Shown here piece after piece: positions 21,623 to 30,052 of a DNA stretch of 64,000 nt (position 1 is its first letter; every line of letters begins with the position of its first letter). The notes below the pieces were generated by a model. That model searched no databases, was not told the DNA's origin, and saw only the letters and a program-made list of their open reading frames with translations. Source of the DNA: Sphingomicrobium sp. GTDB taxonomy: Bacteria; Pseudomonadota; Alphaproteobacteria; Sphingomonadales; Sphingomonadaceae. Where the stretch lies: assembly GCA_035711585.1 (NCBI GenBank), contig DASTCB010000164.1, positions 10,783-74,782 of the forward strand, given 5' to 3'. The translations under genes were made by a program, and so were the position numbers.

Positions 21623-22915
21623 ATGGCTGCTGAACCAAGCACTCCCCTCGGCCGCGTCGTCGCCGCCAGCATGATCGGCACGACCATCGAGTGGTATGAC
21701 TTCTTCCTCTACGGTTCGGCCGCCGCCCTGGTGTTCAACCGCCTGTTCTTTCCGGAGTTCGACCCGCTTGTCGGCACCATGCTCGCCTTCGCGACCTATG
21801 CGCTTGGTTTCGTCGCGCGGCCGGTCGGAGGCATTGTCTTCGGCCATTATGGAGACCGCATCGGCCGCAAGAAACTGCTGATGCTGAGCCTGGTGCTGAT
21901 GGGCGTCGCGACCGTGCTGATTGGCCTGCTGCCGACCTACGGGCAGATCGGCATTTGGGCGCCCATCGCTCTCATCGCCCTCCGACTGGTCCAAGGTTTT
22001 GCTGTGGGCGGCGAATGGGGCGGAGCGGTGCTGATGGCCGCGGAGCACGGGGATGCGAAGCGCCGTGGCTTCTGGGCGAGCTGGCCGCAGGCGGGCGTCG
22101 CCGCCGGCAGCCTGCTCAGCGCCGGCATGCTGGCGGTCATGGCGGCTGTGATGACGGAAGGCGAGTTCCTCGATTGGGGCTGGCGGATACCATTCCTGCT
22201 ATCCGCAGTGCTGGTGGCTGTCGGCTGGTACATTCGGCAGCAGGTGGCCGAGAGCCCGATGTTCCAAAAGCAACTGGAGGAAGCCGAACATCCGCCCAAG
22301 CTGCCGGCGCTCGACGTCGTCCGCCAGCAGCCCAGGGCCATCCTTCTCGGCTCCGGCCTCCGGGTCGGCGAAAACATCAGCTATTACATCCTCACCGTCT
22401 TCTCGCTGACTTATCTGGTCGACGTCAGCCACGAGAGCCGCAGCCTCGCACTCAACGCCCTGCTGATCGGCGCCGCAGTGCAATTCGTCGCCGTTCCTTT
22501 GCTGGCCCATGCTTCCGATATCGTTGGCCGACGGCCCGTTTATGCGGCTGGCGGTTTCGGGCTCGCGGCCTTTATCTTCCTGTTCTTCCCAATGCTGGCG
22601 AGCGGCAGCAACGCTGTGATCGTCGCCGCCATCGTCATTGGTCTCGTCCTCCACGCGACCATGTACGCTCCGCAGGCGGCCTTCATCACCGAGCTGTTCC
22701 CGACCCGGGTCCGCTATTCGGGAGTCAGCCTCGCCTACCAGCTGACCTCGATCGTCGCCGGCTCGCTGGCGCCGATCATCGCGCTGTGGCTGTACAAAGA
22801 ATATGGCTCGGCGACGCCGGTGGCGATCTACGTCGGCATCGCCTGCGCCATCAGCGGGCTGTCGGCGCTGCTGGCGAAGGAAACCAAGGGCGTCGAGCTC
22901 GACTCGATCCGCTAG
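21623..22915 (+). CDS. MFS transporter, metabolite:H+ symporter family
   Basis: GTTIEWYDFFLY, GDRIGRKK, GGEWGGA, ELFPTRVRYSG. Confidence 0.93.
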   Translation: MAAEPSTPLGRVVAASMIGTTIEWYDFFLYGSAAALVFNRLFFPEFDPLVGTMLAFATYALGFVARPVGGIVFGHYGDRIGRKKLLMLSLVLMGVATVLIGLLPTYGQIGIWAPIALIALRLVQGFAVGGEWGGAVLMAAEHGDAKRRGFWASWPQAGVAAGSLLSAGMLAVMAAVMTEGEFLDWGWRIPFLLSAVLVAVGWYIRQQVAESPMFQKQLEEAEHPPKLPALDVVRQQPRAILLGSGLRVGENISYYILTVFSLTYLVDVSHESRSLALNALLIGAAVQFVAVPLLAHASDIVGRRPVYAAGGFGLAAFIFLFFPMLASGSNAVIVAAIVIGLVLHATMYAPQAAFITELFPTRVRYSGVSLAYQLTSIVAGSLAPIIALWLYKEYGSATPVAIYVGIACAISGLSALLAKETKGVELDSIR

Positions 22916-25398
22916 GCTTTCGGCAGTCTCTGCTTGGCCTGACCCCAGCCTGACAGCAACTTTGAGCCGGCTCGATCCAGCAACTCGTCGGCATCGCGGA
23001 TCGAGAAGGAAGCGCCTGACTTGAACCGGTCCAGCTCCTCCCAGGCGATCGGCGCAGCGATCGGCGCGCCCTCCTTGGCCCGGGCCGAATAAGGCATCAC
23101 CGCGGTCGCGCCGCGCTGGTTGCGCAACCAGTCGAGAAAAATTCGGCCCTTGCGCTGGTTCTTGCGGATGTTGGCGGTGAAGGTTTCGGGCTCGGCCTCG
23201 GCGATCGCGCGGCTGAAGCGCTCCGCGAAGCTCTTGACCTTCGGCCAGTCCGCCTTCGCATCGAGCGGCGCGACGACATGGATGCCCTTGCCGCCGGTCA
23301 GCAGCGGGAAGGTCACCAGCCCGAGGTCGGCCAACAGGTCGCGCAACCGCTCCGCAGCGGCCTTGACCTTGTTGAAGTCGAGCCCCTCGTCGGGGTCGAG
23401 GTCGAACACCAGCCGGTCGGGATATTCGAGCTTCTTCGCCAGGCTGCCCCAGCCATGGAACTCGATCGTCCCCATTTGCACGCAGGCGAGAATTCCGCGC
23501 GCGTCCTGCACGTAGAGGTAGTCCTGCACCTCGCCGTCGCTTTCCTCGACCGGCACATGCTTCACATGCGGCCCCATCGAGCCATTGTCATGCTTCTGGA
23601 AGAAACATTGCTTGGCCCGGCCCTGGGGGCAGCGGATCAGGCTGATTGGCCGTTTGGCCGTATCGACCAGCATCAGCGCCTCGATCGCCGCGTAATAATC
23701 GGCCAGTTGACCCTTGGTCAGGCCCTCGCCGGGATAGATGACCCGGTCCTCATTGCTGATCTTGATACCGAACCGTTCCGGCGAGGCAGCAGTCTTCTTC
23801 GACTTGGCGGCCTTGGACAGCTTCTCGGGCTTCTCCAGCACAACCTCCCTGGCCGGCTTGTCCTCACGCAAGGCGATGAAGCTCGGGTGGCGCAGGATGC
23901 CATCGGAGGTGAATTCGGTATAGGCCACCTCGCCGACCAGCTTCGGTTCGATCCAGTGCGACCCGCGCCGGGCGGAGCGCGGAACCTCAAGCGGGGGTTC
24001 ATCGACCCTCATCGGTCGCATCCGGTCGCTGAGATCGTGGATCATCTTCGTGTCGAAGCCGGTGCCGACCTTGCCGGCATAGCGGAGCTTACGGCCTTCG
24101 CGGACGCCGAGGTGGAGCGAGCGGAAGCCGTGGCGCTTGTCGCTTTCCTGCCAGCCGACGATCACGAACTCCTGTCGCTGGATGCATTTCACCTTGAGCC
24201 AGTTGCGGCCGCGGTCGCCCTTGTACGGCGCCTTGGCCTTCTTCGAGATGATCCCCTCGCCGCCTTCCTTGCAGATGGCGTCGAACAGTTTCTCCCCCTT
24301 GCCGACGACATGATCGCCGTAGAGGATTGGCGCGCTCGCGCCCTTGAGCAGGGCGGCGAGCCGCTCCTTGCGTTCGAGATTGGGCAGCTTGGTGATGTCC
24401 TCGCCCTGATCGACCAGCAGGTCGAAGGCGTAGAAGGCCAGGTCCGCCTCGCCGCCCTTGAGCGTCGATTGGAGAAGCTGGAAGCTGGGCTTGCCCTTCT
24501 TGTCCAGCGCGACCGCCTCGCCGTCGAGGAGGCAGCCAGCCGGAAGGTTGGCCGCGGCGCGGACGATCGAGCGAAACTTGTCGCTCCAGTCATTGCCCTT
24601 CCGGGTCCAGGCGGTCGCCGCGCCGTCCGCCGTCGCGATCAGCAGCCGGTAACCGTCATATTTATACTCGTGCAGCCAATCGTTGCCGCTCGGCACCGAA
24701 TCGACGAGCGTGGCCAGCTGGGGCTGCTGGAAGGGGGGCGGCCCGATCCCGGCCTTGCGCTTGGCGCGGCCCGTCTTCCCCGTCGCCTTGCGATTGCTAT
24801 GCCAGACATCGGCACCCGCGGCGATCTCCGCCATGCTGCGGTCGGTGGTGACGCTGGTCACGCAATGCGCGACCAGCGCCTCGCCCTCCTCCGGCTTGGC
24901 GTAGCCGTCGTCGACCTTCTTCAGCATCCACGGCTCTTGGCGCTCGCCGGGACGGGGCTTTAAGCGGAACATCACCCATTCACCTTTCATCCGCTCCCCC
25001 TCCAGGGTGAAGTGGAGATGGCCTTCCTCGATCGTCTTGCTGGGGTTCTTGCCGGGCTCCGGTTCCCAGTGGCCCCTGTCCCACAGCATGACGGTGCCGC
25101 CGCCATATTCACCCTTGGGGATCACCCCTTCGAACTCGCCATAGCTGAGCGGATGGTCCTCGGTCCGGACCGCGAGGCGCTTGTCGTCGGGGTCGAGCGA
25201 TGGCCCCTTGGGCACCGCCCAGCTCTTCAGCACGCCATCGAGCTCAAGCCGGAAATCCCAGTGCAATCGGGATGCGTCATGCTTCTGGACGACGAAGCTA
25301 TGACCTTTGCGCCTGGCCTTTTGGCCGCGCGGCTCGGGAGTCTTCGAGAAGTCGCGCTTGCGGTTGTAGGTCTCGATGTCGAGCTTGCGGCTCGGCAT
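22912..25398 (-). CDS. ligD: NHEJ DNA ligase D (phosphoesterase-ligase-polymerase)
   Basis: VVQKHDASRLHWDFRLE, EYKYDGYR, EGIISKK, FDLDP, DWLRNQRGAT. Confidence 0.97.
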   Translation of the reverse strand: MPSRKLDIETYNRKRDFSKTPEPRGQKARRKGHSFVVQKHDASRLHWDFRLELDGVLKSWAVPKGPSLDPDDKRLAVRTEDHPLSYGEFEGVIPKGEYGGGTVMLWDRGHWEPEPGKNPSKTIEEGHLHFTLEGERMKGEWVMFRLKPRPGERQEPWMLKKVDDGYAKPEEGEALVAHCVTSVTTDRSMAEIAAGADVWHSNRKATGKTGRAKRKAGIGPPPFQQPQLATLVDSVPSGNDWLHEYKYDGYRLLIATADGAATAWTRKGNDWSDKFRSIVRAAANLPAGCLLDGEAVALDKKGKPSFQLLQSTLKGGEADLAFYAFDLLVDQGEDITKLPNLERKERLAALLKGASAPILYGDHVVGKGEKLFDAICKEGGEGIISKKAKAPYKGDRGRNWLKVKCIQRQEFVIVGWQESDKRHGFRSLHLGVREGRKLRYAGKVGTGFDTKMIHDLSDRMRPMRVDEPPLEVPRSARRGSHWIEPKLVGEVAYTEFTSDGILRHPSFIALREDKPAREVVLEKPEKLSKAAKSKKTAASPERFGIKISNEDRVIYPGEGLTKGQLADYYAAIEALMLVDTAKRPISLIRCPQGRAKQCFFQKHDNGSMGPHVKHVPVEESDGEVQDYLYVQDARGILACVQMGTIEFHGWGSLAKKLEYPDRLVFDLDPDEGLDFNKVKAAAERLRDLLADLGLVTFPLLTGGKGIHVVAPLDAKADWPKVKSFAERFSRAIAEAEPETFTANIRKNQRKGRIFLDWLRNQRGATAVMPYSARAKEGAPIAAPIAWEELDRFKSGASFSIRDADELLDRAGSKLLSGWGQAKQRLPKA

Positions 25399-25401
25399 GC
25401 C

Positions 25402-26298
25402 CTAGCCTCGGCGCCCGCCCGCGGCCCGCTTGGGAGCAGCCTTCTTGGTCGTACGCCGGGCGGCGGGTTTTGCGGTCCCCTTCTTCACCCCCGGCTGGGC
25501 CCTGGGCTTTTCGTCACCGAGGCTCTTCTTGAGGGCAGCCATCAGGTCGATGACGTTGGAACCCTTGAGCGGTCGCTCGGCCTCGTCGTCCTGGATAATG
25601 CGCTTGCCCTTTTTCTTCTGCTTCTCGGCAATCAGCTTCGTCAGCGCGTCGATATAGCGGTTCTCGAACTCTCCAGCGTCGAAGTCGCGGGTCTTTTTCT
25701 CGATGAGCGTCTCGGCCATTTCGAGCAGGTCGGGGTCGGGCTTGGCATCGCCGATGTCCCGGAAATAGCTGGAAGACTTGTTGACTTCATCGGCGTAGCG
25801 AAGCGTCTCCAGCACCATGCCGCGGCCGCAGGGCTTGAGGCTCACCACATATTCCTGGCCGCGCATGGCGAGCTGCCCGATGCCGACCTTGCCGGTCTTC
25901 TTGAGCGCGTCGCGCACCACGACAAAGGCTTCCTCGGCAAGGTCGTCGGCGGGAGTCACATAATAGGGCTTGTCGTAATAGATGGGGTCGATGTCAGCCA
26001 GCTTGACGAACTGGGTCAGCTCCAGCGTCTTGCGGCTCTCCAGCTTGACCTTCTCGATCTCCTCGGGGTCCAGCAGCACATATTCGCCCTTCGAAACCTC
26101 ATAGCCCTTCATGATCTCGTCCTTGTCGACGGGACCGATGCCGGGAACGACCTTTTCGTAGCGGACGCGCTGGCCGGAAGGTTCATGGACCTGATGGAAA
26201 GCGATCGACTTGCCGGTCTTGGTCGCCGGATAGATTTCTACCGGGATCGATACCAGTGCCAGCCGGATCTGACCGCGCCAGGAAGGACGGGCAGCCAT
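25402..26298 (-). CDS. ku: NHEJ protein Ku
   Basis: WRGQIRLALVSIPV, YYDKPYY, NVIDLMAALKKSL, basic tail. Confidence 0.97.
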   Translation of the reverse strand: MAARPSWRGQIRLALVSIPVEIYPATKTGKSIAFHQVHEPSGQRVRYEKVVPGIGPVDKDEIMKGYEVSKGEYVLLDPEEIEKVKLESRKTLELTQFVKLADIDPIYYDKPYYVTPADDLAEEAFVVVRDALKKTGKVGIGQLAMRGQEYVVSLKPCGRGMVLETLRYADEVNKSSSYFRDIGDAKPDPDLLEMAETLIEKKTRDFDAGEFENRYIDALTKLIAEKQKKKGKRIIQDDEAERPLKGSNVIDLMAALKKSLGDEKPRAQPGVKKGTAKPAARRTTKKAAPKRAAGGRRG

Positions 26299-26332
26299 GG
26301 GTAAGTCTCCTCAAGATTCGTTCGGCGGATTC

Positions 26333-26357
26333 AATCGACGGAAGGAAGAGTCGTTCC
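26333..26357 (-). promoter_or_regulatory. Possible EcfG/SigT-type promoter for ku-ligD
   Basis: GGAAC-N16-GATT on the minus strand about 35 nt upstream of the ku ATG; the -10 element deviates from CGTT. Confidence 0.45.
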
Positions 26358-26409
26358 TTGGCGCTGCCCGATAGCGCCACTACATTGGCCGGTGAGGGAG
26401 GCTCCGCCG

Positions 26410-26736
26410 ATGAATCCAGCGATCCACGCCGCGATTATCGCCGCGACACATCAGGAAGGAATCGAGAAGAAGATCGAGGGCCGGCTCAAGAAGGCTCGGG
26501 CGCTGGGACCGGCGAGCGCGATCGCCCTGGATCTCGAAGGCAAGGACCGGGATCTGATCGACCATGCCATCGTGGCGGGCACCGTCAAACGGACGTCCGA
26601 CGGTCGGCTCTACCTCCATGAGCAGGCGGTTGCCGACCGCAAGGAAGGCCAGGGCTTCATGGTGGTCTTGATCGTGCTGGTGATGGGATCGCTTATCGCC
26701 TCGGCCGCAGTTCTGGCTACATCGGCCGGCGGCTAG
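26410..26736 (+). CDS. Hypothetical protein with C-terminal TM helix
   Basis: GAGGGAGG RBS region; hydrophobic FMVVLIVLVMGSLIASAAVLA tail. Confidence 0.7.
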   Translation: MNPAIHAAIIAATHQEGIEKKIEGRLKKARALGPASAIALDLEGKDRDLIDHAIVAGTVKRTSDGRLYLHEQAVADRKEGQGFMVVLIVLVMGSLIASAAVLATSAGG

Positions 26737-26790
26737 GCATTGACGCGGCGCGCTTGCCGATGGCAAAGGCCGCGGGCTCAGGCGCCAAGG

Positions 26791-26864
26791 GCGGGTGTAG
26801 CTCAATGGTAGAGCAGCAGCCTTCCAAGCTGAATACGGGGGTTCGATTCCCCTCACCCGCTCCA
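26791..26864 (+). tRNA. tRNA-Gly(TCC)
   Basis: GCGGGTG/CACCCGC acceptor stem, CTTCCAA anticodon loop, GTTCGATTC T-loop, encoded CCA. Confidence 0.97.
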
Positions 26865-26902
26865 TATCCGAACCGTGCGGGGCACGGTTCGGATATGGAG
26901 CG
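26858..26902. repeat. Perfect 21-bp inverted repeat overlapping the tRNA-Gly 3' end
   Basis: CGCTCCATATCCGAACCGTGC-GGG-GCACGGTTCGGATATGGAGCG. Confidence 0.85.
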
Positions 26903-26971
26903 CCCGAGGCTTTAGCCGAGGGGCGACTTTGGCTCCCGGTCACCACGCCGCCGCTCTAACAGCGACGCCGG

Positions 26972-26999
26972 TTGACAGCGCTCTATAGGGCCGCCACAT
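26972..26999 (+). promoter_or_regulatory. Putative sigma70 promoter of tRNA-Tyr
   Basis: TTGACA at 26972 and GCCACAT at 26993, about 20 nt before the tRNA. Confidence 0.5.
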
Positions 27000-27018
27000 G
27001 GCGCGCCTGCCCACACCT

Positions 27019-27104
27019 GGAGAGGTGGCCGAGTGGTTAAAGGCAGCAGACTGTAAATCTGCCCGCGCAAGCGTACGCTGGTTCGAATCCAGCCCTCTCC
27101 ACCA
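27019..27104 (+). tRNA. tRNA-Tyr(GTA)
   Basis: GGAGAGG/CCTCTCC acceptor stem, CTGTAAA loop, long variable arm, GTTCGAATC, CCA. Confidence 0.97.
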
Positions 27105-27415
27105 TTGCCGCGCGCACGCCTGTCCCCCAGACAGGCGAGCACGGCAATTCCGCTGAAGCTACGGCTGGCAAGCCAGCGCCGCGATCCTGCGGAGGCTGTG
27201 CGACGAAACATTTAGATCACATTCGGAATAGGCAAAAAAAGCCAGCGCGCCGGCCCGCCTCGTGATGGCCCTATCAAACACTTCATCCATTTCGGACCAA
27301 CCGCCTTCTCGCGTGAATGGCCCAATTCTCATAAAAATTTGAGCATTTCCGCGGTTTCGACTATGAGAATCGAGGGGGTGAAAGCGTTGTTGCACATATT
27401 CCATGCTCGGAAGGA

Positions 27416-28006
27416 ATGATGGTGCGCGTCATGGCTGCCGATCGCGTCGAGGAAGTCGCCATCACGATAGACCCGGATTCTCCGGTCGCCCGACTCAGCC
27501 CCGGGCAGATCGAGTGCCTGCTGCTGGTCGACAGGCACCACAGCAGCAAGGAGATCGCCGCCCGGCTTGGGATTTCTCCGCACACGGTCGACCAGCGGAT
27601 CCGAGGCGCTCTCGACAAGCTGGAAGTGGAACGCCGGGGCGAGGCGGCCCGGTTGGTCGCGGCCGCTCTGTCGCCCGACGATCCGACATATCAGCGGTTG
27701 ATACATCAATCGCCGCACATCGACCCCACTGCTCTGTTTGGACACCAAGAAGGCACGGTCCGCACTCAGATTCGGCACGCAGACCGCGCAGGGGAGGCCA
27801 GTCCTCCCGGTGTCAAAACCGAGCAGAGACCGGTTGGGCTTGGCTCTCCCCTGCAACTGCCGTTCGCAACGAGGAGCCACCCCAGCAATGAGATGAGCGT
27901 CGGCCTCCGGCTGGTCTGGATCATCCTGATCGCAATGGGGGCAACCTTTTCGGCGGGCATGTACCTGGCCGGACTGGAAAGCCTCTCCAGGATGATCAGC
28001 GGCTAA
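27416..28006 (+). CDS. LuxR-type HTH regulator with C-terminal TM helix
   Basis: LSPGQIECLLLV..HSSKEIAARLGISPHTVDQRIRGALDKL HTH; LRLVWIILIAMGATFSAGMYLAGL TM. Start could be 27419 or 27431. Confidence 0.85.
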   Translation: MMVRVMAADRVEEVAITIDPDSPVARLSPGQIECLLLVDRHHSSKEIAARLGISPHTVDQRIRGALDKLEVERRGEAARLVAAALSPDDPTYQRLIHQSPHIDPTALFGHQEGTVRTQIRHADRAGEASPPGVKTEQRPVGLGSPLQLPFATRSHPSNEMSVGLRLVWIILIAMGATFSAGMYLAGLESLSRMISG

Positions 28007-28076
28007 GCCGCTCTCTCTCTCTTTCATTGCTGACCACGGCCCGGCGCGGGATGCCCGCGTCCAGGGGAGAAGAGTC

Positions 28077-28427
28077 ATGCGCAAACAGATAATCGAATCC
28101 GCCGCTTTCGAAGTCGCCACCCAGACCCGCGCCGTCGAGGACGCCATTGAGAGCGCCCTCGCCGAAATCGCCGAGCTGCAAAGCCGGATGATCCGCGCCC
28201 GCGCCGTCTTCGGCATCGCCACCGCCACGGGACATGAGGCCTTCGAGCAGTTGGCGGTCGCCACCCAGAGCCTGGTCAAGGCGCGCGGCGGAATGGCGAA
28301 TTGCCACCTTACGATGAAGGAAACGGCTCAGTTCGTTCCCGGTCTCCGCACCGTCGGCTTCGGCGATGCCCAGGAATGCCCGCCTCAGCAGGGCGCGGCC
28401 CGGCCCGACCTTCGCGTCGTCGGCTGA
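28077..28427 (+). CDS. Hypothetical helical protein (116 aa) with GFGDAQECPP tail
   Basis: GGGGAAGAG RBS; Ala/Glu-rich helical body; clean high-GC codon usage. Confidence 0.8.
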   Translation: MRKQIIESAAFEVATQTRAVEDAIESALAEIAELQSRMIRARAVFGIATATGHEAFEQLAVATQSLVKARGGMANCHLTMKETAQFVPGLRTVGFGDAQECPPQQGAARPDLRVVG

Positions 28428-28438
28428 ACCGGAAGGGT

Positions 28439-28469
28439 TGACCGGACCGCGCATCGCGTGGTCCGGTCA
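28439..28469 (+). other. Intergenic stem-loop without U-tract
   Basis: TGACCGGACC/GGTCCGGTCA arms with additional inner pairs. Confidence 0.65.
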
Positions 28470-28477
28470 TCTGCACC

Positions 28478-28909
28478 ATGCTTGGCGCAACAATTTTCAT
28501 TCCGCTGCTGATTGCCGTCTGCCTCTACGCCGTCTGGCGCGGGGGTGCGGACGAGCGGATCGTGGCGATCACCTGCCTGGCGGGCACGGCGGCGACATTG
28601 CTCGCGGTGTCGCCGTTGCATCAACGCTATTCCAGCATCGAGGGAGGGCTGATGCTGGTCGACCTTGCGGTCCTGGCCGGATTCATCACGGTTGCCCTTC
28701 GCTCGAAGCGCTTCTGGCCGCTGTGGGTCGCCGGGCTGCAGCTGACCACCTCCATTGGTCATATACTAAAGGGCGTCGACCAGGACCTGCTGCCGAGGGC
28801 TTATGGCGCGGCGCTCCAATTCTGGAGCTATCCGATCCTGATCATCCTCGCCGTCGGCACCTATCGCCGCCACCAGCGCCTGCGCCGATCGGAGGCGATG
28901 GCTCCCTAG
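28478..28909 (+). CDS. Small multi-pass membrane protein
   Basis: About 5 hydrophobic segments; RGGADER, DLAVLAGF, ALRSKRFWPLWVAGLQL motifs. Confidence 0.8.
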   Translation: MLGATIFIPLLIAVCLYAVWRGGADERIVAITCLAGTAATLLAVSPLHQRYSSIEGGLMLVDLAVLAGFITVALRSKRFWPLWVAGLQLTTSIGHILKGVDQDLLPRAYGAALQFWSYPILIILAVGTYRRHQRLRRSEAMAP

Positions 28910-28942
28910 CGCGGCTGTCGCGGCGCGACTATTCATCGGCCC

Positions 28943-29944
28943 ATGGCCGATCCCCACGCCATTGCCAGCGCAATCCTGGATGCGATCGACGAACCGGCGC
29001 TGATCGTTCGCGACGGCATCGTCGCGTCGGCGAACAAGGACGCAATATCCCTGCTTGGCGCCCGCATTGTCGGTCGCGATTTGCGCTTCGCCATCCGTCA
29101 CCCGCTGGCGCTCGACACGATCCAGTCCGGCCCGGCCGCCGATATTGAGCTGATCGGCATCGGGTCTGCAGAGCGACCTTGGCAATTGAGCGTCCGTCCC
29201 GTGCCGGACGGCACGCTGATCCGCCTATCCGACCGATCCGCAACCAGAGCCGCCGAGCGGATGCGCACCGATTTCGTGGCCAATGCGAGCCATGAGCTTC
29301 GAACGCCATTGGCGACGATCATCGGCTATGCAGAGACCCTGGCGGACGAGGGCGCCGTTGACGAACAAATGCGAAGCAAGTTCGGCGGGACCATCCAGTC
29401 GGAAGCCAAGCGCATGCTGCGCATCGTCGAGGACCTGATGAGCCTGTCGCGGATCGAGGCCGACCGTTACCGCGCGCCGGAAGACAAGGTCGATATGGCC
29501 GAGGTGGTGCGTATCGCGCTCGAACACGCAGTTTCGCTAGCGGAGGGGCGCGGATGCCAATTGGAGGCTTCAATCGAACCCGATGCCCCACCGGTCCTGG
29601 GTGATTTCGGGCAGCTGCTCCAACTGACCGACAATCTGATTGCCAATGCGATCCGCTACGGCTGCAGCGACAAGTCGTGCATCGCCCGGATTTCGCTTCA
29701 TGCCAGGGATCGACAAGTGATCCTGAAGGTCAGCGACGAGGGTGAAGGCATCGCGTCGGAACATCTGCCCCGCCTCACCGAGCGCTTCTATAGAGTAGAT
29801 TCCGCGCGAAGCCGCGAATCAGGCGGCACCGGCCTCGGCCTCGCCATCGTCAAGCATATTGTCGAGCGCCACCGCGGAACCCTGGACATCCAGTCGGAGC
29901 CCGGCCGAGGCACGGAAATCAAGGTATCCTTGCCCGCATCCTGA
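28943..29944 (+). CDS. phoR: PhoR-type sensor histidine kinase (PAS-HisKA-HATPase, no TM)
   Basis: DFVANASHELRTPL, NLIANAIRY, DEGEGI, ERFYRVDSARSRESGGTGLGL; upstream of pst operon. Confidence 0.9.
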   Translation: MADPHAIASAILDAIDEPALIVRDGIVASANKDAISLLGARIVGRDLRFAIRHPLALDTIQSGPAADIELIGIGSAERPWQLSVRPVPDGTLIRLSDRSATRAAERMRTDFVANASHELRTPLATIIGYAETLADEGAVDEQMRSKFGGTIQSEAKRMLRIVEDLMSLSRIEADRYRAPEDKVDMAEVVRIALEHAVSLAEGRGCQLEASIEPDAPPVLGDFGQLLQLTDNLIANAIRYGCSDKSCIARISLHARDRQVILKVSDEGEGIASEHLPRLTERFYRVDSARSRESGGTGLGLAIVKHIVERHRGTLDIQSEPGRGTEIKVSLPAS

Positions 29945-29957
29945 TCGGGCCGAAGCG

Positions 29958-29986
29958 CTGTCACGAAACGGTAATATCGTTGTCAC
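29958..29986 (+). promoter_or_regulatory. Pho box (three heptamers at 11-bp period)
   Basis: CTGTCAC-GAAA-CGGTAAT-ATCG-TTGTCAC upstream of pstS. Confidence 0.85.
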
Positions 29987-30052
29987 AGGGACGCGACGAA
30001 CCCGGCGCTAAGAGCGCCCATCTGTCGGCATGGGCCCGACCCCATCGGGGAG

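Noticed and set aside
26791-27104. Integrative element or prophage at tRNA-Gly, tRNA-Tyr or tRNA-Leu
   Set aside because: No integrase, no phage genes, and I saw no duplicated tRNA 3' end (attR) in the window.
27159-27404. 81-aa minus-strand ORF upstream of the LuxR gene
   Set aside because: AT-richer promoter-like sequence, atypical codon usage, no recognisable motif.
28011-28022. (CT)6 microsatellite as a phase-variation switch
   Set aside because: Short, intergenic, and not demonstrably between promoter elements.
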